Shown here piece after piece: positions 46,101-56,128 of a DNA stretch of 64,000 bases. This stretch comes from Planctomycetota bacterium (lineage in GTDB: Bacteria; Planctomycetota; Phycisphaerae; UBA1845), in assembly GCA_016200265.1 (NCBI GenBank), contig JACQFE010000006.1, positions 4,112 to 68,111 of the forward strand, written 5' to 3'. The position numbers were made by a program, and so were the translations under genes. A model generated the notes under the pieces. It did no database searches. It was not told the origin of the DNA and saw nothing but the letters and a program-made list of their open reading frames with translations. Each line of letters opens with the position of its first letter. Position 1 is the stretch's first letter.

Positions 46101-46256
46101 AACGCATTTGTAGGGCGCTATTTACATCGCGGTGGGCCAGGGGTCAAATTGAGCGCATCGCAGAGTTTTGATTTCGATAGAGACGGAGATGTCGATTTGC
46201 ACGACTATCAGAGCTTCCTTCTCGCGTTTGAGGCCTTTGAACAACAAGGGCCGTGA
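43167..46256 (+). CDS. Large secreted protein: BNR/sialidase-like propeller, DCNxNG repeats, second propeller and C-terminal dockerin-like domain
   Basis: Signal peptide; Asp-boxes SHDGGETW, SQDAGITW and SADRGDHW; many DCNxNxxxDxC repeats; GDFLGDCVVDLLDF...DFDRDGDVDLHDY. Extended -10 TGtTATAAT at 43125. Confidence 0.8.
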   Translation: MIRAHRFFLIVALLSVSIARAQNEAPPLNVNPGALEKPARDPWLPRTAPSPTAGSPHCGPWERGPFRSIQVNVDSQGCDIVGDAANEPSIAIDPTNPDRIVIGWRQFDSIASDFRQHGYAYSHDGGETWTFPGSLAPGQFGSDPVLASDPSGNFFYFGLDENLQGQLFKSQDAGITWSEPTRIYACDKPWMTIDQGSAAGKGNIYASWRADIHCVGEAGLFARSFDAGATFKYWGQIALYLGTMAVGSDGTVYNSSADGSITKITNAVNPAATSPSVTVLGTAFSKSCSIGGINGDGLTCQSWVALDPVDGPNKDTVYALISPFDGVYFAKRTPGSSAWSGMRTINTEKPNTAYWFGTMSVAPNGRIDVIWNESSQSTTVMYSYSADRGDHWTTPIPVTPQFYKFAGIPNGQNKIGDYYHMVSRNEAAYLAYAATFNGGEDIYLLKIPPDCNANGVLDADETSLGLAPDCDGNLVPDECDPDCDGNGIPDTCDLNEFRLRDCNHNLIPDQCESCPSIDRVDCNGNCRLDSLDLSGAGGVQKFVGGFLVPEDIVASVPPYPPGYYMADRDAEAVIRIKPDGSTEVFAQGFFPTGVLFVPDGFNGKGPQLLAISQSGACISQISPTGEVTPIPSIGGCLGGVYVGSEIGGPYAGRVIVTTYYDNGLYAVNSSGGYELIARAPSEGFFFGTIVPSGFGNYANHLFVGEANWDRIWDLNLHWGDFRAVLDMRFAGVRQIAFTPSGWGACLDPELQDSPAMLVSVDAGSIQAVTPSGRIVASLSKGPSGAAINPRGLLIQGHSLFFSDLLGKSVLQATSDDFGLTNCNGNSKPDVCEVIAGSASDCNGNMILDGCELTLNDCNHNGIHDACEIRSGSGTDCDDSHVLDSCELPGHDCNQNQIYDACETGETLEDCNHDTIPDQCQIDFSCPPIDPDCPCDADCDGVTNWEDICPCTPRGLPVLSDGRATGDFLGDCVVDLLDFNAFVGRYLHRGGPGVKLSASQSFDFDRDGDVDLHDYQSFLLAFEAFEQQGP

Positions 46257-46332
46257 TTCCGTAACTTGGTGATAATCGCGTTGCGGAAGCGACGTCGTCT
46301 TGCTGTTGTACAGGTCAGTGAGTTTGCGACTG

Positions 46333-46378
46333 AAAAAAGAAACGCCTTCGGAGAGTCAGCGACTCGCCAAAGGCGTTT
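46333..46378 (-). terminator. Terminator of the 16S transcription unit
   Basis: Hairpin AAACGCCTT...AAGGCGTTT followed by a U-tract on the minus strand. Confidence 0.7.
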
Positions 46379-46524
46379 GGTATTGAAGAAAACAGAGTTG
46401 TCGTCGGGCCGGTTGGTTTTATCGCCGACCGGCGCGTCCGCGAATCTCTCAAACCGCTTCCTTACGGTCGCGGCTCTCAAGTCACGGACTTTGGTTTGTG
46501 CTGACTTCCAGAAGACAAGTCCTC

Positions 46525-48071
<1,547 letters not shown>

Positions 48072-48339
48072 TAAGTTCGTTCCTAACTTCCCGAGCTGGA
48101 AAAATCACCGGATTTTCATCCGGCGATATGTCCGCATCGAGTTGTTCAGATTCGACCAAAAGGCTCTCATTCACATGCGTCGATGAGAATGAAAGCTGTC
48201 GATTTCTCATGAAACCGACTACACCGAAAACCAAGCAAAAGCTGAAAAACAGCTAATTCATGGTCTTTTTTACGCGATCCTCCGCCCATTGACGCGGCGG
48301 CGAATCGAGTCACATTCTCTCGACGACAACTCTGTTCAC

Positions 48340-48409
48340 TTTTCAAAGAGCATGGCCGCCAAATTCAACGGCAGACGGGCAATCTTATCAGGCGTTTGCC
48401 GGCTGTCAA
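48340..48409 (-). promoter_or_regulatory. rRNA promoter and boxA antiterminator
   Basis: TTGACA(48409)-N16-TAAGAT with TG extension; boxA-like TGCTCTTTGAAAA at 48352-48340. Confidence 0.75.
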
Positions 48410-48649
48410 CCACTTGTTTTGTGCCTGAAAACGACCATTGCAAGGGTTGCCCGAGGGCGCTTTGTCGGGTTCTTTTCAGCCCGTCGTCCGACGACATCTC
48501 CAGCCAGTAGCAAGCGAATGCTACGATTCACGTAAATCGCCGGTTATTATGGTGGAATGAGCCTACGCATTGCCTCGGTCGATTCCGCTGATGACACCAC
48601 CCGACTCAACTCCAACTTCTTCCAAGAAAATAAGGGCCAAACTCCGCAA

Positions 48650-50188
48650 ATGAACCTGCGAACATATCGTTGGGGACTTATTTCGATTGTGACGTTGGCT
48701 CTTTTCGTTCGCCTTTATCATGTTGGGGGTGAGGATTTCTGGCAGGATGAAATCCACTCCATGTACAACTCGGCCGGAGCCCGCGGTCCCGTCGAACGGC
48801 TTCCTTATGGCGTCATTCTCCGAGACATTCCGCGATATTCCGATCTGACTCCGCGGAGCACGATCGCAAACGTGTGGCGCACGATGGATGATGACAGCCA
48901 CCCACCGCTGTATTTCATTTTGTTACTTTTGTGGCGGCGTTTGGTGGGTGACGGTGAGGCCATTTTGCGATGCATGCCCGTCGTCTTTTCGGTGCTGTCA
49001 ACTATTCCAGCCGCCCTCGCGATGCGGGAATTGGCTTCTCGCCGCGCCGCGCTCACCACGGCACTGGGTCTCGCACTTTCATTCTGTCACATCAGCACGG
49101 CGCAAGAGAATCGACCTTACAGTTTGAGCGGGCTTCTCATCAGCATAAGCATCTATCTTCTCGCGCGGATGGAGGCGAGATGGTCGGGCCTCAGCTTGAA
49201 ATCGCGATTGATTCACGGATTCTTGTACGGGGCCACGTTGTATGTGGCGATGATGAATCATTACTTCGCCGGTCTGGTGTTTTTCGGCCAATTCATTTAC
49301 GCAATTCTTCGTTTCCGCGGATCGCTTCTGAATACATGGTGTGTGACGGCATGTTCGGCGGCGCTGTGTTTTGGAATTACGTGGGGGCCGCATGTCTTGC
49401 GGCAATGGAATTTCATTGTCGGTCAAGATTGGTTGAACATGCCGGACTCGGATTACGTTTGGCGAACGCTGCTGCGCATTACGAATCTACCGGTGCGGTT
49501 TTTGTTCATCACGCAACAATACACGATCAATCCGTGGAATTCATTGATCGGCCTGGCGCTTCTCGTGGGTCTGTGTGCCTTCTTGTGGCAACGACGAACG
49601 CGCGCCGCGATGATTTTTGCATGCTGGTATTTTGCCCCGTTATTGATCCTCGGTGCGATCGATCTGATCTTTCGGCGTCAACATTTGACGCATTTGCGAT
49701 ATCCTTCCGTCGGAATCCCAGGTATCGTCGGACTGGTCGCACTCGCAATTGATCAGCTTGCGAAAAATCTCCGCAAGATTACGCTGGTTTCGCTCTTGGC
49801 GGCCAGTCTGCCCACTCTTTATTTTCTGCCTGCTCAGTCAAACCCGCACTCACGAGAAGCAGTTGCACTGATTGCAAATGATTTCCGGTCCCATGATTTA
49901 TTGATTTATGATGCGATCGGTTGGCCTCCGTCTTTTTCAATGCGTTTGTATGAGATGATTTCATATTATTTGCCTTTTCAGCCACCCTCTTTAATGCTTC
50001 GAGAGCAGCCGGACGACGCGCTTCACCAGGCCATCGCGGGCTTTGATCAAATCTACGTTGTGTCGCCGAGAGTCGAAGGCGTCCCGAACCCAGATCCACT
50101 GGGCCATCCGCTAGGCGAAAAATCCGACAATTACGTGCGTCAGGTTGGTTGGGTCTATCGATTTGCGAGAGGAGCGCCGCAGCCATAG
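48650..50188 (+). CDS. GT-C (family 39/83, PMT/ArnT-like) membrane glycosyltransferase
   Basis: FWQDE after TM1, HPPLYF, QENRPY and many TM segments. Confidence 0.85.
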   Translation: MNLRTYRWGLISIVTLALFVRLYHVGGEDFWQDEIHSMYNSAGARGPVERLPYGVILRDIPRYSDLTPRSTIANVWRTMDDDSHPPLYFILLLLWRRLVGDGEAILRCMPVVFSVLSTIPAALAMRELASRRAALTTALGLALSFCHISTAQENRPYSLSGLLISISIYLLARMEARWSGLSLKSRLIHGFLYGATLYVAMMNHYFAGLVFFGQFIYAILRFRGSLLNTWCVTACSAALCFGITWGPHVLRQWNFIVGQDWLNMPDSDYVWRTLLRITNLPVRFLFITQQYTINPWNSLIGLALLVGLCAFLWQRRTRAAMIFACWYFAPLLILGAIDLIFRRQHLTHLRYPSVGIPGIVGLVALAIDQLAKNLRKITLVSLLAASLPTLYFLPAQSNPHSREAVALIANDFRSHDLLIYDAIGWPPSFSMRLYEMISYYLPFQPPSLMLREQPDDALHQAIAGFDQIYVVSPRVEGVPNPDPLGHPLGEKSDNYVRQVGWVYRFARGAPQP

Positions 50189-50241
50189 TCATCTTGTGAA
50201 TCGTGAAAGCGGCTGAATCCGCGCAGGTTTGAATTTGCTGA

Positions 50242-51267
50242 TTAGCGAAATCGATCAATGGCGAAAGCGCTGATCGAGGCGATCTGCGTGAAACAGGCCA
50301 GCGAGAAGCGTGCCGTCGCAGCGGCACTTTGGTCGTCCGCGATCGCCATCAGTCCCCACAATGCGGTCACCACGGCAAACATCTGAAGCAGTGCGCCGGC
50401 CAATCGCAAAACGGAAAAATCGTGCTGCTTTTGCGATCGTTGTTGACGGTCAAGCACATCATGAATTCGCCGCAGAAGCTCCACGGATTCAGCGCGTTCG
50501 CTATTTGCGGCGTCATTTATTTCCGGTTCCGCAATTGGCATCGATAACTGAGACGGACCAAGTGTATGCGCGGAACTCGTACCCGCTGCTAGCAATCCCG
50601 GAGTTGACTTCGATGCTGAACGAGGAGCGACCACGGGCTGAGTCGCGGAAGTTGCCGCGACGGATAGACGAACGCTTGATTCGCTGACCGGTGGTTGGGG
50701 ATTCACCAATGCCGACTCCAGGCGATCCGCAGCTTCAGCCAAGGAGTGTACCCACAGAGTGACACTCCCGCCAGTGGCTTGCTCCCTGCCATTTTTTTGA
50801 ATCAGAATGGTGCGGCACCCGGCCCGGGCGCCGGCCTCCACGTCGCGTTCCGCGTCCCCTATCATCCATGACCGGGATAGGTCGATGTTGAGTTCTTCGG
50901 CAGCTTGTAGCAGCATTCCCGGTTCAGGTTTTCTTAATGGACTATCCATCCGAAAGGCGTCTATTGTTGCCGCTTCCCCATTGAGGAACGGACAGTAATA
51001 GACGCCATCCAGTTCTGCGGCTCTTTGCCTTAGCAGCTGCACCATCCGGGCATGAACGCGTGCAAGCGTCGCCTCATCAAACAACCCGCGGGCGACACCC
51101 GATTGGTTGGAAACAACAACGGCCAAATACCCCCGACTTCGAATTTTGGCGATGGCCTCGGCCGCTCCGGGCAATAGACGGACTTTCGCGGGATCGTCCA
51201 AGTACCCCACGTCGTCGATGATCGTGCCGTCTCGATCGAGGAATACAGCAGGACGCATCATTGTCAT
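50242..51267 (-). CDS. gmhB: GmhB-like HAD-IIIA heptose bisphosphate phosphatase with C-terminal membrane extension
   Basis: FLDRDGTI, VSNQSGVARG, RKPEPGML and MIGDAERD, plus ~150 extra residues with two hydrophobic helices. Confidence 0.8.
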   Translation of the reverse strand: MTMMRPAVFLDRDGTIIDDVGYLDDPAKVRLLPGAAEAIAKIRSRGYLAVVVSNQSGVARGLFDEATLARVHARMVQLLRQRAAELDGVYYCPFLNGEAATIDAFRMDSPLRKPEPGMLLQAAEELNIDLSRSWMIGDAERDVEAGARAGCRTILIQKNGREQATGGSVTLWVHSLAEAADRLESALVNPQPPVSESSVRLSVAATSATQPVVAPRSASKSTPGLLAAGTSSAHTLGPSQLSMPIAEPEINDAANSERAESVELLRRIHDVLDRQQRSQKQHDFSVLRLAGALLQMFAVVTALWGLMAIADDQSAAATARFSLACFTQIASISAFAIDRFR

Positions 51268-52238
51268 GGCTGATCGCCGAGTTGCTCGATAATTGCCTGA
51301 CGCAGTAGCGGAAGCATGATTTCGTGGTGACCAATGATATCGAATCCGCGTCCTGCAGTGACGGGCCGTTGAACCACGTTTTGGTGCGGTCGGTAATGCC
51401 GCAGCATGTCAAAATTCGCGGTGGTCATAGTGTCAAGATTCGCACCGAGGTTTCGTGCGACGGAAACGGCCTTTAGGAACACTTCGGGAAGAACGACAGC
51501 CGATCCGATGTTGAGCCACACACCCCCCACCGATGAGCCCTTTGCCGCGCCAAGGTCGCTGACCACGTCGCAAATCAGGCGGAAATCATGCATCGAAGCG
51601 GCCCCGATCGCCGCTCCATCCGCACCAGCGGAAACATGGACAGTGTCGGTGCCGATGGCAACGTGAACGCAGGCAGGGATGCCGGATTGAGCAGCCGCCG
51701 CAAAGATGCTGCGTCCGAGATTGGGAGCTTTGCGCTCGATGAGTGTCGCTCCTATGGCAGCGCCAAGACCGATGGAATCCTTCGCGGCGCGGCGCGAGGC
51801 GGCGTCGAAGAATTCCAGCGTTTCAGCGACCATTCCGAAGGAGCCGTCGCGAATGGTGTCCGCAACTTCTTCGCTCGTGGCGCCAAGCATGGCGAGTTCG
51901 ACATCGTGGATCGCGCATGCTCCGTTGCAGGCTATGGCCTTGACGATTCCGCGTTGAATGAGATCAATCAAAATCGGACTGCAACCGACTTTGATAACGT
52001 GAGCGCCAAATGCAACGGCGACGGGACGATCCGCATTCCTAGCCGCGACGATCGCATCCACCACGGCGCGAAATGAGCGAGCACCGAGGTAATCGGGAAA
52101 CGAACGCAGTAGTTCATTTGTGGTCGCGCCGGGCTTTGGCAAACCGGCCAGCGACGCCACGGTCGCCTTGTGTTCGCGGCGCGTTGCGCTGTATGTCTTA
52201 AGTCGCGATGGATCGACGGGCTTGTACTTGCGAGTCAA
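51264..52238 (-). CDS. Deoxyhypusine-synthase-like fold hypothetical protein
   Basis: GAHVIKVG, NGACAIHDVE, HVAIGTD, NIGSAVVLPEVFLKA and GHHEIM. Coupled to both neighbours by 4-nt overlaps. Confidence 0.65.
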   Translation of the reverse strand: MTRKYKPVDPSRLKTYSATRREHKATVASLAGLPKPGATTNELLRSFPDYLGARSFRAVVDAIVAARNADRPVAVAFGAHVIKVGCSPILIDLIQRGIVKAIACNGACAIHDVELAMLGATSEEVADTIRDGSFGMVAETLEFFDAASRRAAKDSIGLGAAIGATLIERKAPNLGRSIFAAAAQSGIPACVHVAIGTDTVHVSAGADGAAIGAASMHDFRLICDVVSDLGAAKGSSVGGVWLNIGSAVVLPEVFLKAVSVARNLGANLDTMTTANFDMLRHYRPHQNVVQRPVTAGRGFDIIGHHEIMLPLLRQAIIEQLGDQP

Positions 52239-53377
52239 TTCTTCAAGCTCCGGGCGAGGACCGATTTCAAGGATTCGTCGAATATGGTACTTCCGTCCCC
52301 GAGGAAGTCGATTGCCACTTGCACGACCATGATGGCAGCCGGGTCGTATCCGGAAAGGGCGGCCAACTTCACGGCGTCCTTTTCGGTGGTCAGAATCACG
52401 TCGAACGGCGGGTCCTTGCCCGGAACCACGATCTCATGAATGTCACCAATCTTGTAGTGATGGTGGTCACGCCACCAATGAGTCGCGACGACATTCACGC
52501 CGAGACTTTCCACGGTACGAACAAATGCCCGAGGGCGACCAATGGCCGCAAATACGACCGCTCGCTTGCCGCGAAGACTACCATCCGGCGCGCCCTCGAC
52601 GATGCGTCCGTCCATGCGATGGACTTCAACGATCTTGTGGCGGCTGCGGATTCTTGCTGTGCGCGGGGCAAAGACGCCAAGCCTCGATTCAATTGCTTCC
52701 AGAGTGGATATGGAGACCTGGTCGCAGCGACTGATCACGATCAGATGGGCGCGGGCAAGCGCGGTAAGCGGTTCACGAAGCAAGCCTCGCGGCAGCACAT
52801 GTTCATGTCCGAACGGGCAGGTCGCGTCTATCACGACGATGTCAAGGTCGCGTGCCAGGCGACGATGCTGGAACCCGTCATCGAGGACAATCACATCTGC
52901 ACGGTCGCGCCGGCATGCGTGAGCGGCACCGCGAATTCGATCGAAATCACTCACATAGATGACGCCCGGGCAATGTTTTCGGATCAGAATTTCTTCATCA
53001 TTCGCACCGCCCGGTTTCGATCCGTATCCGCGAGCGATGACCGCGGGCCGGCGATCAAGGCGCTTCAAGCGATCAACAAGTTCGATCACGAGCGGAGTTT
53101 TGCCGGTGCCGCCTACGGTGATGTTTCCAATACTGATGACAGTTGTTGGAATTTTCGCAGTTGCATGCAGTTGATCGAAATGGCGATTGCGACGAGCGAC
53201 GACGGAGCGATAGCCCGCCTCCACGCCGCCAAGAACTACTCGAATTGGAATCGACCACGGTCCGGCGCTGCCGGAAACGATTCGTTCCCACATTGGCTCA
53301 GGTACCGGAATTTCGCGGTGATGTTCAGCAATTTCGTTGATGCCATGTTCTCCGTGTAAGGACAACTTGTGCCGCAC
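52235..53377 (-). CDS. lpxK: Tetraacyldisaccharide 4'-kinase
   Basis: ISIGNITVGGTGKTP, ARGYG, LDDGFQH, LPRGLLRE and TTEKDAVK. Start uncertain. Confidence 0.93.
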   Translation of the reverse strand: MRHKLSLHGEHGINEIAEHHREIPVPEPMWERIVSGSAGPWSIPIRVVLGGVEAGYRSVVARRNRHFDQLHATAKIPTTVISIGNITVGGTGKTPLVIELVDRLKRLDRRPAVIARGYGSKPGGANDEEILIRKHCPGVIYVSDFDRIRGAAHACRRDRADVIVLDDGFQHRRLARDLDIVVIDATCPFGHEHVLPRGLLREPLTALARAHLIVISRCDQVSISTLEAIESRLGVFAPRTARIRSRHKIVEVHRMDGRIVEGAPDGSLRGKRAVVFAAIGRPRAFVRTVESLGVNVVATHWWRDHHHYKIGDIHEIVVPGKDPPFDVILTTEKDAVKLAALSGYDPAAIMVVQVAIDFLGDGSTIFDESLKSVLARSLKN

Positions 53378-53398
53378 CGGGAAACAATGGCTCTGAGC

Positions 53399-54616
53399 CT
53401 ACGGATAGACGACGGCCGTGCAAGTGACGCATGTTTGGCGGGCTGGTTCGACGGCCTGGTGGTAATGAAGCAATTGGCCTTTGGACGGGGCCATTACCTT
53501 TGCCAATGTGAACATGCACCCCGCGCTACAGACGCGAGTGGGATTGCCACCATCGGCCATCTGCACGGCAAAGCCGTCAGCGTCGCCGTTGGCCAAGTGA
53601 CCAAGCGCATGCTGATCGCGATCGCGCACTTCTTGCAGGAATTCGGGCCCTAATTCTCTTTCATCGCCGAATGAAGCACCGACATGACTCAGGTCCGCGC
53701 CGGCGATCACCAGCGTGTCCGTCTTGTCTTCATCGATACAGCGACGTAGCGCGTCCGCGAACTTCGAGAGACTTGTGCGACCAGCCGGGCCCGGCGAATC
53801 ACTTGCCTGACAAGACGGATCGGGGCAAAGAAACGGAACGATTGAAAAGCTCTCCGGGCCGAAAAGATGCTGCAACCAGGCGACCTGAAGCTCAATGGAA
53901 TGCTCGCGGGCGTGGTCAAGCTCGAATCGCCGTAAATCGCCGCATTCGTCCTCGATTCGCTTCAAAAACTCCGTATCACACCGAGTCTTTCCCAAGGGCG
54001 ATTGAAAATCGATTCCAGTCGCGACGACGAATTCGCCGCCCCGGCCGAAATGATTCGTCCCCAGGACGATGACTCGCTTAGGCGACGTTCGGCTTCGCAA
54101 TGTGCGGTATGCGGCGCCATAGCAGGGTGCACCGCGGGCATAGTCGAGATGCGGAGCGATCACGCCGCGAATTTTGGAAGGCTCGACCGCCGGCTGCGAT
54201 TGCGACGTCGGCTCATTGAGCATTGCGTCAAAGAGTCGCGCGAGTTGTTCACGATCGTACGGAAAATGCACCGCGGGACGCGCGGGCTTTGCCCGGTATT
54301 CCTCGGTTCTTTTCGCATGAAGGGTCTCGAATGGCGCGCCTTCGAGGAAACATGATTGCTCAAGATTGACTACCATGGACTCGATCGTCTCGATGTTTAC
54401 AGGTTGCCCGAAAGTCGCGAAGAATTTGCCGCGAATGTCTTCAATCGTGTGTACGCCGTCCATGAGGGACAAAAGTTTGAGCGCCGGCCCGGAAACGGTA
54501 AGCACCATGCCGGTCATTCCGTCACGGTCGCGGACGCCGACCACATCTTTTGCATCAGGGAGTGCAAACGCTTCTACGGGACGAAGCCTTGGTTTGTACG
54601 CTGGATCGAGTGTCAT
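53399..54616 (-). CDS. amrB: AmmeMemoRadiSam system protein B (MEMO1 family) with N-terminal extension
   Basis: IAPHLDY, LGTNHF, HAREHSIELQ and ADLSHVG. Confidence 0.85.
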   Translation of the reverse strand: MTLDPAYKPRLRPVEAFALPDAKDVVGVRDRDGMTGMVLTVSGPALKLLSLMDGVHTIEDIRGKFFATFGQPVNIETIESMVVNLEQSCFLEGAPFETLHAKRTEEYRAKPARPAVHFPYDREQLARLFDAMLNEPTSQSQPAVEPSKIRGVIAPHLDYARGAPCYGAAYRTLRSRTSPKRVIVLGTNHFGRGGEFVVATGIDFQSPLGKTRCDTEFLKRIEDECGDLRRFELDHAREHSIELQVAWLQHLFGPESFSIVPFLCPDPSCQASDSPGPAGRTSLSKFADALRRCIDEDKTDTLVIAGADLSHVGASFGDERELGPEFLQEVRDRDQHALGHLANGDADGFAVQMADGGNPTRVCSAGCMFTLAKVMAPSKGQLLHYHQAVEPARQTCVTCTAVVYP

Positions 54617-54915
54617 ATTATTGTTTTCTTGCCCTGCCTCGATGCCTCTCACTCAGGAAAGAAGAGGGTAGGATGAGGGTCGAATGCACCCGAACATGAT
54701 CCGTTAGTCTGAACCACAAAAACCTTCAAATGAGTTTTCGGGCGACCCCCGATTCATTTCATTCAACAGCACCGCCGAATTTCGCAGTGATCGCCATTAT
54801 CGTGGACAGTCGGCATAGAACAAAGCGGTCTTGAATCTTTTCGCAACCTCTCGGATTGGCGCTTCGGGGGGATAAAGGCTCCCGCAAGCGGAAAAACGCG
54901 TCCGAACAGCGCATG

Positions 54916-54945
54916 AAAAAGGGGGCCGCGTGAGCGACCCCCTTT
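54916..54945 (-). terminator. Terminator downstream of the RRM gene
   Basis: Minus strand GGGGGTCGC-TCAC-GCGGCCCCC-TTTTT. Confidence 0.75.
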
Positions 54946-54994
54946 GGAAAAGCATTTCAAGCTATTCCGCTCGTTGAACTGCGGGACGGGCTAT

Positions 54995-55324
54995 TTAGTA
55001 GCGTCGTCCGCCGCCGCCACCCGAACCGTTGCGGTAACCTCCACCGCCACCGCCGCCACCACCAAAGCTGCGTTCCTCACGCGGCTTGGCCTCGTTCACC
55101 GTCATTGCTCGTCCGTCGCGATCCTGGCCATTGAGGGCCGAAATCGCGGCATCCGCTTCCGCGGGCGAGCTCATCTCGACAAAGCCAAAGCCCTTGCTTT
55201 GACCCGTGCTACGATCGGTGATGATCGTGGCCGATTCAATCGTGCCGTGCGGCGTGAACATTTGTTCAAGGTCCGCATTGGTGACCGAATACGAGAGGTT
55301 TCCAACATACAATTTTTTCCCCAT
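54995..55324 (-). CDS. RRM RNA-binding protein with Gly-rich tail
   Basis: RNP2 LYVGNL and RNP1 KGFGFVEM. Confidence 0.95.
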   Translation of the reverse strand: MGKKLYVGNLSYSVTNADLEQMFTPHGTIESATIITDRSTGQSKGFGFVEMSSPAEADAAISALNGQDRDGRAMTVNEAKPREERSFGGGGGGGGGYRNGSGGGGGRRY

Positions 55325-55726
55325 GAGATTTTCTCCTCTTCAAGGGGTGATTGACCCAAAGTTTCTTTCAGGGTCCTGAGAAAGAGGCCGGACACCCGAC
55401 CCAAAGGAAGGAAAATCGAAGGGCCAGGGCGAGAGGTTCATTTCGAAACCGCAAAGCAAAGAGCCGGTCGTCAGATCCAACCAAGTACGCATTCTACTAC
55501 GACGGCGCCGGGACGCAAGTTCTGGAATAAAGATTCCTGATTCTCTACGTCGCTCCGGTTGCTAACGTGTTGCGAACTCTAGCGTTGCAGTCGTGTTGCT
55601 CTTGAATGTTACCAGTATCGAACTGCGGGCTCGCCTGCCGGACGATTGGTGCATTCTAGGCGAGAAAAAGGCTAAACTCCCGAATCTATCACGCCACCCC
55701 GTTCGATTCGGGGCTCGCTCCGCGTG

Positions 55727-55947
55727 TCAAGCGACTTTCACGTTGCTGGGAATCATGAGTTCAACGTAAATGTCGTTGTCGCCGCAAATTTCGATCGCAA
55801 CGTCGCAAATGTTGGCGGCGATCTCGTCCACGGTGTTGCCCTGCGTTTGGACGCTATCATCCCCCAATGCATGTGCGGCCATGCGTTGCGTTCTCGCAGA
55901 TCACGCATCAACAAGGCGACTCGTTTTTGTTTATCCGGCACTTTCAT
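55727..55947 (-). pseudogene. Frameshifted HicB-like antitoxin
   Basis: MKVPDKQKRVALLMRDLRERNAW then a frameshift into AHALGDDSVQTQGNTVDEIAANICDVAIEI...VKVA*. The 221-nt span is one base short of 74 codons. Confidence 0.5.
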
Positions 55948-56128
55948 GGCAACGGAAAAGCGCGGAAGTCGAGCTCAGCAACTAACGGATATCGGAATCA
56001 TAATTGAGGTGCACGTACCCCACGCGCAAGCGTACCTGTGGCGGAAAATTCCACAAATTTTTGACCCTCTTGTTTCCAAAGAAACACGATGGTCAATAAT
56101 AAGTTCTGGTCGACGGTCCAGTTGCAAC

